64,000 nucleotides of DNA from Selaginella moellendorffii (lineage: Eukaryota > Plantae > Lycopodiophyta), in contig NW_003314270.1 in assembly GCF_000143415.4 (NCBI RefSeq), positions 2,411,048 to 2,475,047 on the forward strand, read 5' to 3'. A model generated the notes under the pieces. The model saw only the letters and a program-made list of their open reading frames with translations. It ran no database searches and was not told the origin of the DNA. Position 1 is the stretch's first letter, and every line of letters begins with the position of its first letter. The position numbers and the translations under genes were made by a program. Of this stretch, positions 12,319 through 25,001 are shown piece by piece.

Positions 12319-15232
12319 TGTGAGACACAAAATCCCTAGGCCCCAAAGTGGAGCCGGAAGGGCGCCACATGGTAGTGGCCGAAGCGAGAGCCAAACGAGC
12401 GTAACACGTTTGGACCAAAAGCTCCGACTTGAAAAGTCAAGAGCGGGAGTGGAACTCCCAACGAAGTGCTCGAGGAACGAGCACGAAGCGAGCAAAAGGC
12501 GAGGCTCCAAAAAGGGACCCAAAAGGACCAACACATGACACGTGGGAGTGTCCGAGATGGACTCGAGTTGGAGTCCGAAGTGGAGTCCGAGGTGGACCCG
12601 AGATGGACCCGAGTTGGAGTCCGAAGTGGAGTCCGAGATGGACCCGAGATGGAGTCCGAGATGGAGTCCGAGATGGAGTCCGAGGTGGACCCGAGATGGA
12701 CCCGAGTTGGAGTCCAAAGTGGAGTCCGAGATGGACCCGAGATGGAGTCCGAGATGGAGTCCGAGATGGAGTCCGAGGTGGACCCGAGATGGACCCGAAA
12801 TGGAGTCCGAGATGGAGTCCGAGATGGACCCGAGATGGAGTCCGAGATGGAGTCCGAGATGGACCCGAGATGGACCCGAGATGGAGTCCGAGATGGAGTC
12901 CGAAATGGAGTCCGAGATGGAGTCCGAAGTCGAGACCGAGACCGGGACCGAGACCGAGACCGAGACCGAGATCGGGAACGAGACCGAGACCGAGGCCGAG
13001 GCCGAGGCCGAGGCCGAGCCCGAGTCCGAGTCCGAATCCGAGTCCGAGTCCGAGTCCGAGTCCGAGTCCGAGTCCGGAGCCTGAGAGGGTGAAAGCCCAA
13101 AGCGTTCGTCTCCCAGACCCTGGGGGGTTTGGTGAGCTCCAAAAGTATAGTAAGGGGGAGGACTGCAGTGGAGCCAGTTTGGCCAGGAAAGGCCAGTTTG
13201 GCCCAGGAAGGCCAGACCCAGTGTTGGGTGATGAGCTGCCCACTGGGAAGTCCAAGACTAGAGTGAATACGGACCGACAAGCGGGGTAGCTTGGTGAAGT
13301 GTTCAAGAGCCGGCTCTAGTTCCCCCGGGAGATCGACTGGCCGATGCTCCCAGTCCAAGTGTGGGTGGCACTACCTACTTGGATACCAGGCGTGGCTCAA
13401 CGGAACCTCGCTCTAAGCCCATGGCTAGAGCACCTAAAGGCGATAGGTGGGGAGAGTACCCAGGTGGCTCGCGTAAGGCCACGGTGTTCCGAAATGTCGT
13501 CCCAAAGGCCCAGACTGTGGAAAGGAAGAGGAGCAGTCCTCTGGGGTAGTGACCAAGGACACAGTCGTGTGGTGAGGAAGTCCCAGAGGACCGTGGGACT
13601 TAGTGGTCGGGCCTGTGGGCCTCGATCCAGTGGCAGTGTTGGCAAACACGGCCAGGGGCAGAAAGGGACTTGGTAGGAACTGACAAAGGGACTTTGGGGA
13701 AGGCGATTCCCCAGGTCTGTGGGCATCCTAAGGATGCTAAGGAGTGGATCCAGGATGACCCCTCATAGACAGATGGCCCAGTCTTGGAGAGACGGGATGG
13801 TGATGCAAGTGGTATTGGACCATTTGCGCAGCAAAGGTGAATGGGCATGGCCTTAGCGTAACGGGCCAGTCCCAGTCCGAAGTGGAGTCCGAGATGGACC
13901 CGAGATGGAGTCCGAGATGGAGTCCGAGATGGAGTCCGAGGTGGACCCGAGATGGACCCGAAATGGAGTCCGAGATGGACCCGAGATGGAGTCCGAGATG
14001 GAGTCCGAGATGGACCCGAGATGGACCCGAGATGGAGTCCGAGATGGAGTCCGAAATGGAGTCCGAGATGGAGTCCGAAGTCGAGACCGAGACCGGGACC
14101 GAGACCGAGACCGAGACCGAGATCGGGAACGAGACCGAGACCGAGGCCGAGGCCGAGGCCGAGCCCGAGCCCGAGTCCGAGTCCGAATCCGAGTCCGAGT
14201 CCGAGTCTGAGTCCGAGTCCGAGTCCGGAGCCTGAGAGGGTGAAAGCCCAAAGCGTTCGTCTCCCAGACCCTGGGGGGTTTGGTGAGCTCCAAAAGTATA
14301 GTAGGGGGAGGACTGCAGTGGAGCCAGTTTGGCCAGGAAAGGCCAGTTTGGCCCAGGAAGGCCAGACCCAGTGTTGGGTGATGAACTGACCACTGGGAAG
14401 TCCAAGACTAGAGTGAATACGGACCGACAAGCGGGGTAGCTTGGTGAAGTGTTCAAGAGCCGGCTCTAGTTCCCCCGGGAGATCGACTGGCCGATGCTCC
14501 CAGTCCAAGTGTGGGTGGCACTACCTACTTGGATACCAGGCGTGGCTCAACGGAACCTCGCTCTAAGCCCATGGCTAGAGCACCTAAAGGCGATAGGTGG
14601 GGAGAGTACCCAGGTGGCTCGCATAAGGCCACGGTGTTCCGAAATGTCGTCCCAAAGGCCCAGACTGTGGAAAGGAAGAGGAGCAGTCCTCTGGGGTAGT
14701 GACCAAGGACACAGTCGTGTGGTGAGGAAGTCCCAGAGGACCGTGGGACTTAGTGGTCGGGCCTGTGGGCCTCGATCCAGTGGCAGTGTTGGCAAACACG
14801 GCCAGGGGCAGAAAGGGACTTGGTAGGAACTGACAAAGGGACTTTGGGGAAGGCGATTCCCCAGGTCTGTGGGCATCCTAAGGATGCTAAGGAGTGGATC
14901 CAGGATGACCCCTCGTAGACAGATGGCCTAGTCTTGGAGAGACGGGATGGTGATGCAAGTGGTATTGGACCATTTGCGCAGCAAAGGTGAATGGGCATGG
15001 CCTTAGCGTAACGGGCCGAGATGTCAGTGATACCTTGGGTTGTCGATCATGGGATCGGACACGTGGAGCACTTGGACCGAGTGCTAAGGGTGAGTGGCAT
15101 GGATGCCATTCTCGGGGCTAGCAAGCCCCCAAGTCCTGAGTTGGACTTATGGAGGTTGTCAATGAGACTCCTCCAAGTGGTCAGAGGTGTGGTTAAGTGA
15201 CTAAAGTAAAATGGAAAATTTAGTCGCTTACA
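12319..15232 (+). repeat. 3' LTR of A2 with a 1150-bp internal tandem duplication
   Basis: Near-identical ORF sets repeat at a 1150-bp offset (13344 vs 14494). Junction near 13867 reads ACGGGCC-AGTCCC-AGTCCGAAG. Confidence 0.9.
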
Positions 15233-17091
15233 ACCGAAGGCTCACCATGCCTTGCTCATCCTCTAAGGAGGATAGTCTCTCCAACTTAGAGACTTGATTG
15301 GACCACTTGTAGTGGTCCTTTCTGTTTATTGGTTTAGTTCTTGCTAAACCTGTTAGAGACACTGTCTCTATCTCAATCCCACTACTCCATCTTGAGTAGT
15401 CTTAGTTTTCATCGATATAACCTTTGCACTTTGGAACGTTTGCTTTTGACTTCTTGAAGTCAATTTTCCTAGGTGTCTCCGACACCTTGCATTGCACATA
15501 TTGTGCAAGTCCACTTCCCTATCCTAGGAAGTTCTCTACTTGAGAGCACCATCATCCTCTTTCCTATTTTGTGCCACCCTTGGCACTACGTTCCAATAAT
15601 CATCATTTGTGCTAGGGCTGTCCACGGCCCTATCTTTTGGCTACTTTGCCGCTCCTCACTTAGAGCTTTTACTTCGCCAAATTGGAGCACTTGGGAATCT
15701 ATCTTTGGAAGTCCACTTCCTTTCCCGCAATCCGTTAGCATCAAACACATTTGTGTTCTTTGGCTAACTTTGCCATTTGGATTCCTCCCATTAAATTTCA
15801 TGGCCCAAACTTGGCCACTAATCTTTTGCTCCTATCTATTGATTGTTGCATCAAGAAACATAGGATCACTACCTCCCTCCTTGAGGTATTCTTTTGGTTC
15901 CATGGTAAAGCTCCACTTTGCCGAGTCCAGAGGGTGCTCACCCTTAGTAGATCTCTTTAGCATTTTCTGCTATGGGCCCCTTCCACGGCCCAACTTTGTG
16001 ACCCTCCCATAGGTCTCTCCTAGAGACTACTTTGAACTCACAATACCATTGTATGGTCGTAGTTCATTTCCTTAGGTGTCCTTTCCACTTAGTCACCTTG
16101 ACCAAGCCACACCATTATCAATAGTTCAAATCAATGCTTTGAACTAGGAACCATATTCCTTAACCCAAACACAGACCTTGTCCTTGTTTAGCCACAAGAT
16201 CACCTAGTGATATCATCTTGACCCCTTAATAGGTTTATCAATAGGAACTAAGTCTTCCAGACCTTTCTAAGTTGTTGACTATGACCCTGGGGGCATCCCC
16301 CACACTCGGCGGTGCGCCCAAGCCAGCCCTTTTGGCCAAGGATCCATAGCAACTGAGACTTGGTGTCCCCATCTCATTCACCACGTCCTTGGTGCCCTTT
16401 GCACCAAAGTGTTCAAGTTAGATATGCCGAGCTTTCACTCTAAACAATCTAACCGTTCTGAGGCATCCCTCGCTTGGCAGTGTGCCCAAACCAGTCTCCT
16501 CACTGAGAGTCCATGACCACCGAAATATGAGTGTCCTCATATTCCAAACCATCACCATGCCCTAGTGATTTGGGACTCGAACCCAAGCACTAGAGGGTCG
16601 GGACTTGAACCCAACCTTCGTATATGCATCTATGGACGGCATCACCCTAGATGTCTAGCGTGACTCCCCACGCCAGTGCACCAACTTATACTTAAAGCGC
16701 GCTATACATCACAACTTAGGAATCTAGTTCCTCCACACTACCAAGTCCTCTCATTTAACAAGTCTGTGATCATGCATGGACTCCTCCATGCTTGGCCCCA
16801 TGGCCCACCCTTTTTGAAGTAATCACCTTCAACTAGGGTATTCGTTCCCCCGACTTGCCAATCTTGCTTGGCAAGTCCTCCGACCACTGTAACATGGTTC
16901 CTGCATAAGCGTGAAAGTCCTTGACCATCGACTTTCGTTCAAAACCCTCTCTTTGAACACTCGGGAACTACTTCCCTAACCTTGATAGCCTTGCCTCATG
17001 CCAAGCTTCAAGACCATGCTTCTGCTGTGCCACTCTGATTTTGTGCGTTCTATGAACCATTTACATTTGGCCTTTCTAGGTACTAAGCTAC

Positions 17092-17482
17092 TATAAGCAA
17101 CCAAAGGGAACAACTTGAAAGACAATCTATGGGGTTCAAATATAGAGGGAAAAGGGCCCATGAACAAGAGTGCACCCCCTTTTCCAATCGGTTAAGGGTC
17201 TTGGGATAGTTGGAGTTAAGCGTCCTTGGGTTTGAATAGTATGGGGCCCAGGTGACCTCCCGGGAAGTCCAAACTTAGGAGCTTACATTTGGTATCAGAG
17301 GGGTCTCGGGTCCGACTCTGTTGGTTGGCTAAGGGAATCACACCACATGTTGATTGACATTTGGCTGGTCCAGTTTGTTCCCGCTGGGCTCAACCCGAGG
17401 GGTAGGGTGTTAAGAGAGCGGGGCTTTCGGGAGAGTTGCGGCTCTCAGCTTCCGTTCACGAGGGCGTGAATTTGCAGGGAAG
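17092..17482 (+). mobile_element. Truncated TRIM (family C): LTR + PBS + internal region
   Basis: LTR 17092-17287, PBS TGGTATCAGAG. Near-identical to 19229-19619 and has the same left flank (TAAGCTAC). Confidence 0.85.
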
Positions 17483-19228
17483 ACACATTAAAGACACCCT
17501 CTCTAACTCAATTCCACTACTCATTCTCGAGTAGTCTCAGATTCCATTGACTTAACCTTTGCACCTTGGAACTTTTAATTTTGAGTTCTTAGAGTCAATT
17601 TCCTAGGTGTCTCTAACACCTTACATTGCACATGGTGCAACTCCACTTCCCTATCCTAGGAAGTTCTTTACTTGAGGGTACCATCATCCTCTCTTTGATA
17701 TTGTGCCACATTTGGCACTAAGTTCCAGTTATCATAATTGGTGCTAGGGCTGCCCACAGCCTTATTATTTGGCTACCTTACCGCTCCCCCCTTTGGAGCA
17801 TCCACTTTCGCCAAATCAGAGCGGTTGGGAATCCATCCTTGGGGAAACATTGCCTTTCCCACGATCTGTTAGCACCCAACACGTTAGTGTTCTCGGCCTA
17901 ACTTTGCCACTTGGATCCTTTCCCATGATTCCTTAGCCACTAGTCTTTTGCAACTATCCTTAATTGTTGCACCTAGCAACATAGGATCGCTACCTCCATT
18001 TTCGAGGTTTCCTTTCGATTCCATGGCAAACACTTTGCTTTGCCAAGTCCAGAGGGTGTTCACCCTTAGTACGTCTCTTTAACATTTTTTGCCGTGGGCT
18101 CTATCCATAGCCCAGCTTTTTGAGACCCTCCCTTGGATCTCTTATAGAGACTACTTTCCTCAGACTTACTATGCCATAGCATTGACATAGCTCATTTCCC
18201 TTAGGTGTTCTTCCCACTTGGTCACCTTGACCAAGCCACACCATTATCAATAGTTCAAATCAACACTTTGAACTAGGAATCATATTCCTTAACCCAAACA
18301 AAGACTTTGTCCTTATTTAGCCACAAGATCACCTAGTGATCTCATCTTGACCCCTTAATAAGTCTACCAATAGGAACTAAGTCTTCCAAACCCTTCTAAG
18401 TTGTTCTAAGTTGTTGACTATGACCCCGAGGGCATCCCCCACACTTGGCAGTGCACCCAAGCCAGCCCTTTCGGCCAAGGATCCATAGCAATCGAGACTA
18501 GGTGTCCCCATCTTTCTTTGGTGCCCTTTGCACCAAAGTGTTCAAGTTAGATATGCCGAGCTTTCACTCTAAGCAATCTAACCGTGTATCACGACTCCGG
18601 GGCATCCCCCGCTTGGCGGTGTGCCCAAGCCAATCTCCTCATTGAGAGTCTATGACCACCGAAATATGAGTGTCCTCATATTCCAAACCATCACCACGCC
18701 CTAGTGATTTGGGACTCGAACCCAAGCACTAGAGGGTCGGGACTCGAACCCAACCTCCGTATATGCATCTACGGAAGGCATCATTCAAAATGCCTGGCGT
18801 GACTCCCCACGCCGGTGCACCAACTTATAGTCAAAGCGCTCTATAGATCACAGCTTAGGAACCTAGTTCCTCTGCACTGCCAAGTCCTCTCACTTGACAA
18901 GTCTGTGATCATGCATGGACTCCTCCATGCTCGGCCCCATGGCCCACCCTTTTGAAGTTATCACCTTCAACTAGGGTATTTGTTCCCCCGACTTGCCAAT
19001 CTCGCTTGGCAAGTCCTCCGACCACTGTAACATGGTTCCTGCATAAGCGTGAAAGTCCTTGACCATCGACTTTCGTTCAAAGCCCTCTCTTTGAACACTC
19101 GGGAACTACTTCCCTAACTTTGATAGCCTTGCCTCATGCCAAGCTTCAAGACCATGCTTCTACTGTGCCACTCTGATTTTGTGCATTCTATGAACCATTA
19201 CACTTGGCCTTTCTAGGTACTAAGCTAC

Positions 19229-19734
19229 TATAAGCAACCAAAGGGAACAACTTGAAAGACAATCTATGGAGTTCAAATATAGAGGGAAAAGGGCCCATGA
19301 ACAAGAGTGCACCCCCTTTTCCAATCGGTTAAGGGTCTTGGGATAGTTGGAGTTAAGCGTCCTTGGGTTTGAATAGTACGGGGCCCAGGTGACCTCCTGG
19401 GAAGTCCAAACTTAGGAGCTTACATTTGGTATTAGAGGGGTCTCGGGTCCGACTTTGTTGGTTGGCTAAGGGAATCACACCACATGTTGATTGACATCTG
19501 GCTGGTCCAGTTTGTTCCCGCTGGGCTCGACCCGAGGGGTAGGGTGTTAAGAGAGCGGGGCTTTCGGGAGAGTTGCGGCTCTTAGCTTCCGTTCACGAGG
19601 GCGTGAACTTGCAGGGAAGCGTGGTGGATTATAAGCAACCAAAGGGAACGACGATAGTTGGAGTTAAGCGTCCTTGGGTTTGAATAGTACTGGGCTGGGT
19701 GACCTCCCGGGAAGTCCAAACTTAGGAGCTTACA
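19229..19734 (+). mobile_element. TRIM (family C), 506 bp
   Basis: LTR1 19229-19424, Met PBS, about 205-bp internal region, PPT-like GGGAAGCGTGGTGGAT, internally deleted LTR2 19630-19734. TSD GCTAC. The empty site TAAGCTACCTAG is seen in A4 near 57954. Confidence 0.92.
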
Positions 19735-21805
19735 GCTACCTAGAATCGTCTTTGGGAACCTTGAAGGGACTTTATCCCTTAGCTTGCCTAGGCCTCCATT
19801 TTCGCAAGCTTTCTAATTGCCATATAGTTTAACATGGACAATTCCATATTTTAGACTTTCCATGGCATCAAGGTTGCTAACAACAACATCCTCGAGCACC
19901 CTCTTGATTCTCCACTCCCAACTTGCATAACCACCATTGGATATGCCCTTCGATTTCTATAGTTCGGTTCCCTCTCAATACTACTTGCCTTTTGGCCCCA
20001 TATGTTTCCTTTGGTTATTCTCCTCCAAACTAGGAGGATAGCTTTGCACATTTTACTATGCCTTAGCAAGTATGCTTAGGGATGAACCTACCCGATAGCC
20101 TAGGGAGTGGTTCCTCAATCTTAGGCATGCTCACTTTATAATCCCACACACCGGGATTAACGTTACTGTTTATGGGCCTTTACATGCCCATCACCAGCCT
20201 TGCCAAAATTCTATTTTTGGCTTTGTTCAATTCGGGTAAACAGTCTTCTCCTATCTCCACAATCTTGGACATTTGGATAGCACCTTCTATCCATCATTCG
20301 CTAGGGACTTAGTCCCTTGGGCTTTATCTATTGCCCTTGCGACATGAAACACCACCCCCTGGTGTTCTAGAGTGTTTGGGTGTCCCAATGATGGCCTCCT
20401 GACAATGAGCATTCCCATTTACGACATTGACTTACTATATCACAACATAAGCAATTTATCCCCCGTAAGGGTATATCTAACTTCCTTATACCATTAAGAA
20501 GTCTTGGGTAGCTACCTTCTACCCGTTTAATCAATTATCTTGCACCTCTTGCTTAGTTGCCCGATAGTTGTCAAGTCTTACAACTCATTGCTTGGTGCTT
20601 CCACACCTCTATCATTATCTGGGTCACCACACTCCAACTGCATGCCTTCCAGCTTAGGCCTTGCCATTCCCACGTCCGTTGGGATTCCCTTGGCAAGGGG
20701 TTCTTAGGAACCCACCATCATAACCTCAAGGTATCACACCTTGGCATATTTGGTGTTTCCACACCATTGGCCCCACGAGTCTATCCTTATGACACTCCTT
20801 TCTAGTGTTTAGGTCTTTGCCAAGACCAATATAGTTGTTCCTCATGCTAACTATCCGTTAGCACCACACCATAGAGTTTGCACCCAAATCTGGGCCAAAG
20901 TTGCTTTCTTCTGGGAATATCTTTCCCACAACTTTAGTATGGCACATTCTGCCATCAATGAGATACCTACTGTTCTCATACTTGGATCTTATGATCCTCC
21001 CCATACCTCATGGGGCACCAACCACCTCAGTCCAAATGCCTCAACCAATCCCTTAAGACCATTCCCTGACTCCACTTGAGTCATCCAGCATTTTGGACTT
21101 TGCTAATCCAACGACCCATAATCCTATTTTTGAGGTGCTAGCTCACTGGAATACAACTTCTTGTATTCAGGTCCTACTCACAAGGACCATCTTTGCAAGT
21201 GTTACTCCGACACTTGATTTGTTCTCTTGGGGCAACCTTTTGCCCCTTAGGACCACTTGTCCATGTGATGAGAATACCAACTCATCCTCTGAGTACACCC
21301 CCACTCCTTGGGTTGTTCTAGCATTTATTAGAGGTAGCCTCGGCTACCATTTCGAGGACTTGTGTCCTCTTTTGTATTTGACCTTCCATGGTCAACAATT
21401 CCGGTCTCAAATTTATGAGTACCAGCTTCAACCATATAAGGGTAATTTTGTGACTCCTTTATTGTTTTGGAGTCTGCATCTTTCCCGTGAACCCAACTAT
21501 AGTTGTTTATCACAACTACATTAGCTCGTTTGCTGCGTCAAATGCTCATCTGGATCACGTCCTCAACTCTCTAAGGAAACCCTTATATTGTTCCCAAGAT
21601 CCCAAAGTCGTTCCCTTACTGGCCCCTTTTCTATCCACCATATCGTACACAAGTTCACGCATGAACTTGAGTGGAGAGCCATGTCCTCTCGACATGCTAC
21701 TCCTCGAGGATAGGTCCATATCTAGGACCTTCCAATTCCAATACAAGTGGTGGTATACTTGGCCACCAATAAGAGTCGGGCTAAGGAATAGCTCCGATAC
21801 CAAGT

Positions 21806-23617
21806 TGTAAGTGACTAAATTTTCCATTCTACTTTAGTCACTTAACCACACCTCCGACCACTTGGAGGAGTCTCATTCACAACCTCCATAAGTCCAATTC
21901 AAGACTTGGGACTTGCTATCCCCAAGAATGGCATCCATGCCACTCAACCCTTGCACCTGGTCCAAGTGCTCCACGTGTCCGATCCCATCACCGACACTCA
22001 AAGGTACCACCGACATAGCAGCCTATTATGCTAAGGCCATGCCCAATCACCTTTGCCGCATTGGTAGTCCAATACCACTTGCAACACAGTCTTGTCTCTC
22101 CAAGACTGGGCCAACCATCCGTGAGTGGTCATTCCAGATCCACTCCTTAGCATCCTTAGGATGCCCACCGACAAGGGGAATAGCCTTCCCCAATATCCCT
22201 CTGTCAATCCCCACTAAGTCCCTTTTTGCCCTTGGCCGTGTTTGCCAACACTGCCACTGGATCGAGGCCCACAGGCCTGACCACTAAGTCCCATGGTCCT
22301 CTGGGACTTCCTCGCCACGTGACCATATCCTTGGCCACCACACCAAAGGACTGCTCCTTTTCCTTTCCACAGTCTGGGACTTGGGGACAACACTTCGGAA
22401 CACCGTGGCCTTACACGAGCCACCTAGGTACTCTGCCCGCCTTCCGCCTTTGGGTGCTCTAGCCATGGGCTTGGAGCGAGGTTCCGTTGAGCCATGCCTA
22501 GTATCCAAGTAGGTAGTGCCACCCACACTTGGACTGGGAGCATCGGCCAGTCGATCTCCCGGGGGAACTAGAGCTGGCTCTTGAATACTTCACTAAGCTA
22601 CCCCGCTTGTCAGTCCGTATTCACTCTAGTCTTAGACTTCCCAGTGGTCAGTTCATCACCCAACACTGGGTCTGGCCCTTCCTGGGCCAAACTGGCCTTT
22701 CCTGGCCAAACTGGCTCCACTACAGTCCTCCCCCTTACTATACTTTTGGAGCTCACCAAACCCCCCAGGGTCTGGGAGACGAATGCTTTGGGCTTTCACA
22801 CTCTCAGACTCGAACTCGGACTCGGACTCGGACTCGGACTTGGACTCGGGCTCGGACTCGGACTCGGACTCGGACTCGGACTCGGACTCGGACTCGGACT
22901 CGGACTCGGGCTCGGTCTCGGCCTCCGCCTCGGTCTCGGTCTCGGTCCCGGTCTCGGTCTCGGTCTCGGTCCCGGTCCCGGTCCCGGTCTCGGTCTCGGT
23001 CTCGACCTCAGACTTCATCTCGGGTCCTTCTCGGACTCCATCTCGGATTCCATCTCAGGTCCATCTCGGACTCCATCTCGGACTCCGTCTCAGTCCATCT
23101 CGGACTCCATCTCGGACTCCACTTTGGACTCCATCTCGGACTCCATCTCGGGTCCATCTCGGACTCCATCTTGGACTCCGTCTCGGTCCATCTCGGACTC
23201 CATCTCGGTCCATCTCGAACTCCATCTCGGACTCCGTCTCAGTCCATCTTGGACTCCATCTCAGACTCTACTTCGGACTCCATCTCGGACTCCATCTCGG
23301 ACTCCATTTCGGACTCCATCTTAGTCCATCTCGGACTCCATCTCAGACTCCATCTCGGACTCCACCTCGGACTCCACCTCTGACACTTCCACGTGTCATG
23401 TGTTGGTCCTTTTTGGGTCCCTTTTTGGAGCCTCGCTTATTGCTCGCTTCGTGCTTGTTCCTCGAGCACTTTGTTGGGAGTTCCACTCCCGCTCTCGACC
23501 TTTAAGGTCGGAGCTTTTAGTCCAAACGTGTTATGCTCATTTGGCTTTCACTTCAGCCACTACCACGTGGCACCCTTTCCAGCTCCATTTTGGGGCATAG
23601 GGATTTTGTGTCTCACA
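21806..23617 (-). repeat. 5' LTR of A1 (1812 bp)
   Basis: Matches 4534-6364 and is adjacent to the Met PBS. Confidence 0.9.
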
Positions 23618-24253
23618 CTATTGTACCAGCTCCTACTTGGTCCTACTTGGTTTCAGCTACTTACTACACAAGCAAGGGGACCGTTAGCCATCTATCCACA
23701 GTTTCCCAAATCTCTCCCAATCCCCCTAGACTGGACTTAAGGTTTGGCTACACTCCCTGCAAGCACAAGTAGCCAAGTACACCAAGCCTCCAAGTTCCTA
23801 ACATCCCTTGGTACAATAAGACTTGATCATGGGACCCTCTAAATCCCAAGCTTTGGGTGCAACTCTCGCTTTGGGACACCGAGGGGAAACACCGTGGCCT
23901 AACGGCCTGGTATAGGTACCTTTACCCCCCCCCCCCCCCCCCCCTCCTGGAAGACACACTCTTTGGGCTTTCACCCCTAGACCTATATTAGTACTTGGAC
24001 TCGGTCTCGGACTCGATCTCGGACTCGATCTCGGACTCGATCTCGGACCCGACCTCGGACTCAGTCTCGGACTTGATGTCGGACTCGACCTCGGACCTGA
24101 TCTCAGACTCGACCTTGGACCCTGTAGCACATGTGATCATGGGATGAGATTTGGATATACTGTCACTGTGGATCTTTGGAACCTTGGGGGATAAATGGGG
24201 ATAAAATAGCCACTAAGGCTCTCTAATCAAGCAATTGCCCCTTTTCCAGTTGG

Positions 24254-24406
24254 CTTAAGGGGAGAGAGATAAGGTGTGCTACATTTGGTATCAAAGAATG
24301 AGTCTCAGCGAGTACTATTCAATGAGATTTAGTCTCGTTGAATAGTACTTGCTAAGATTCATTGTCTGATACTAAATGTAGCACACATTATCTCTCTCCC
24401 CTTAAG
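24254..24406. repeat. Long fold-back inverted repeat (74-bp arms, ~5-nt loop)
   Basis: 24254-24327 is the reverse complement of 24333-24406 with about 8 mismatches. It contains a family-D-like LTR end and PBS (GCTACATTTGGTATCA). Confidence 0.9.
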
Positions 24407-25001
24407 AGAGATAATGTAGCGCACCTCTCCCCCTGGGGGACAATCGCTTTGGGCTTTCACCCAATTGCTTGTATTAGTATTTGGACTCGGACTCGGACTT
24501 GGACTCGGACTCAGACTCAGACTCAGACTCAGTTTCGGTCCCTGATTCAGACTCGGACTCGGTCTCGGTCTCAGTCCCGGTCTCAGTTCCATTTCAGACT
24601 CCATCTCGGACTCCATCTCAGGTCCATCTCGGACTCCATCTTGAGTCCATCTCGGACTCCATCTCGGTCCACCTCGACTCCATCTCGAGTCCATCTTGGA
24701 CTCCATCTTGGACTCCATCTTGGCCATCTCGAACTCCATCTCGGACTCCATCTCGGGTCCATCTCAGACACTTCCACGTGTCATGTGTTGGTTCTTTTTG
24801 GGTCCCTTTTTAGAGCTTTGCTTATTGCTCGCTTCATGCTCATTCCTCAAGCACTTTGTTGGGAGTTTCACTCCTGCTCTCGACCTTTCAAGTCAGAGCT
24901 TTTAGTCCAAACGTGTTACGCTCATTTGGCTTTCGCTTCAGCCACTACCACATGGCACCCTTTTGGCTCCACTTTGGGGCTTAGGGGTTTTGTGTCTCAT
25001 A

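Larger units (their letters stand above)
6494..15232 (+). mobile_element. Young non-coding LARD-like LTR element A2 nested in A1 in opposite orientation
   Basis: 5' LTR 6494-8256. PBS TGGTATCGGAGC at 8260. Internal region of about 4.06 kb without gag/pol motifs. PPT 12306-12318. 3' LTR 12319-15232. TSD ACCGA (6489-6493 and 15233-15237). LTRs are nearly identical. Confidence 0.95.
4534..23617 (-). mobile_element. Non-coding LARD-like LTR element A1
   Basis: LTRs 4534-6364 and 21806-23617 (TGTAAG...TCTCACA). TSD CTATT (4529-4533 and 23618-23622). PBS rc of TGGTATCGGAGC at 21791-21802. PPT rc of TGGGTGGTGGAGT at 6365-6377. No coding capacity internally. Confidence 0.92.

Noticed and set aside
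4534-23617. Retrozyme-type hammerhead ribozyme in the non-autonomous elements
   Set aside because: No CTGATGA...GAAA core with flanking stems seen by eye in LTRs of families A-E; an Infernal search would settle it
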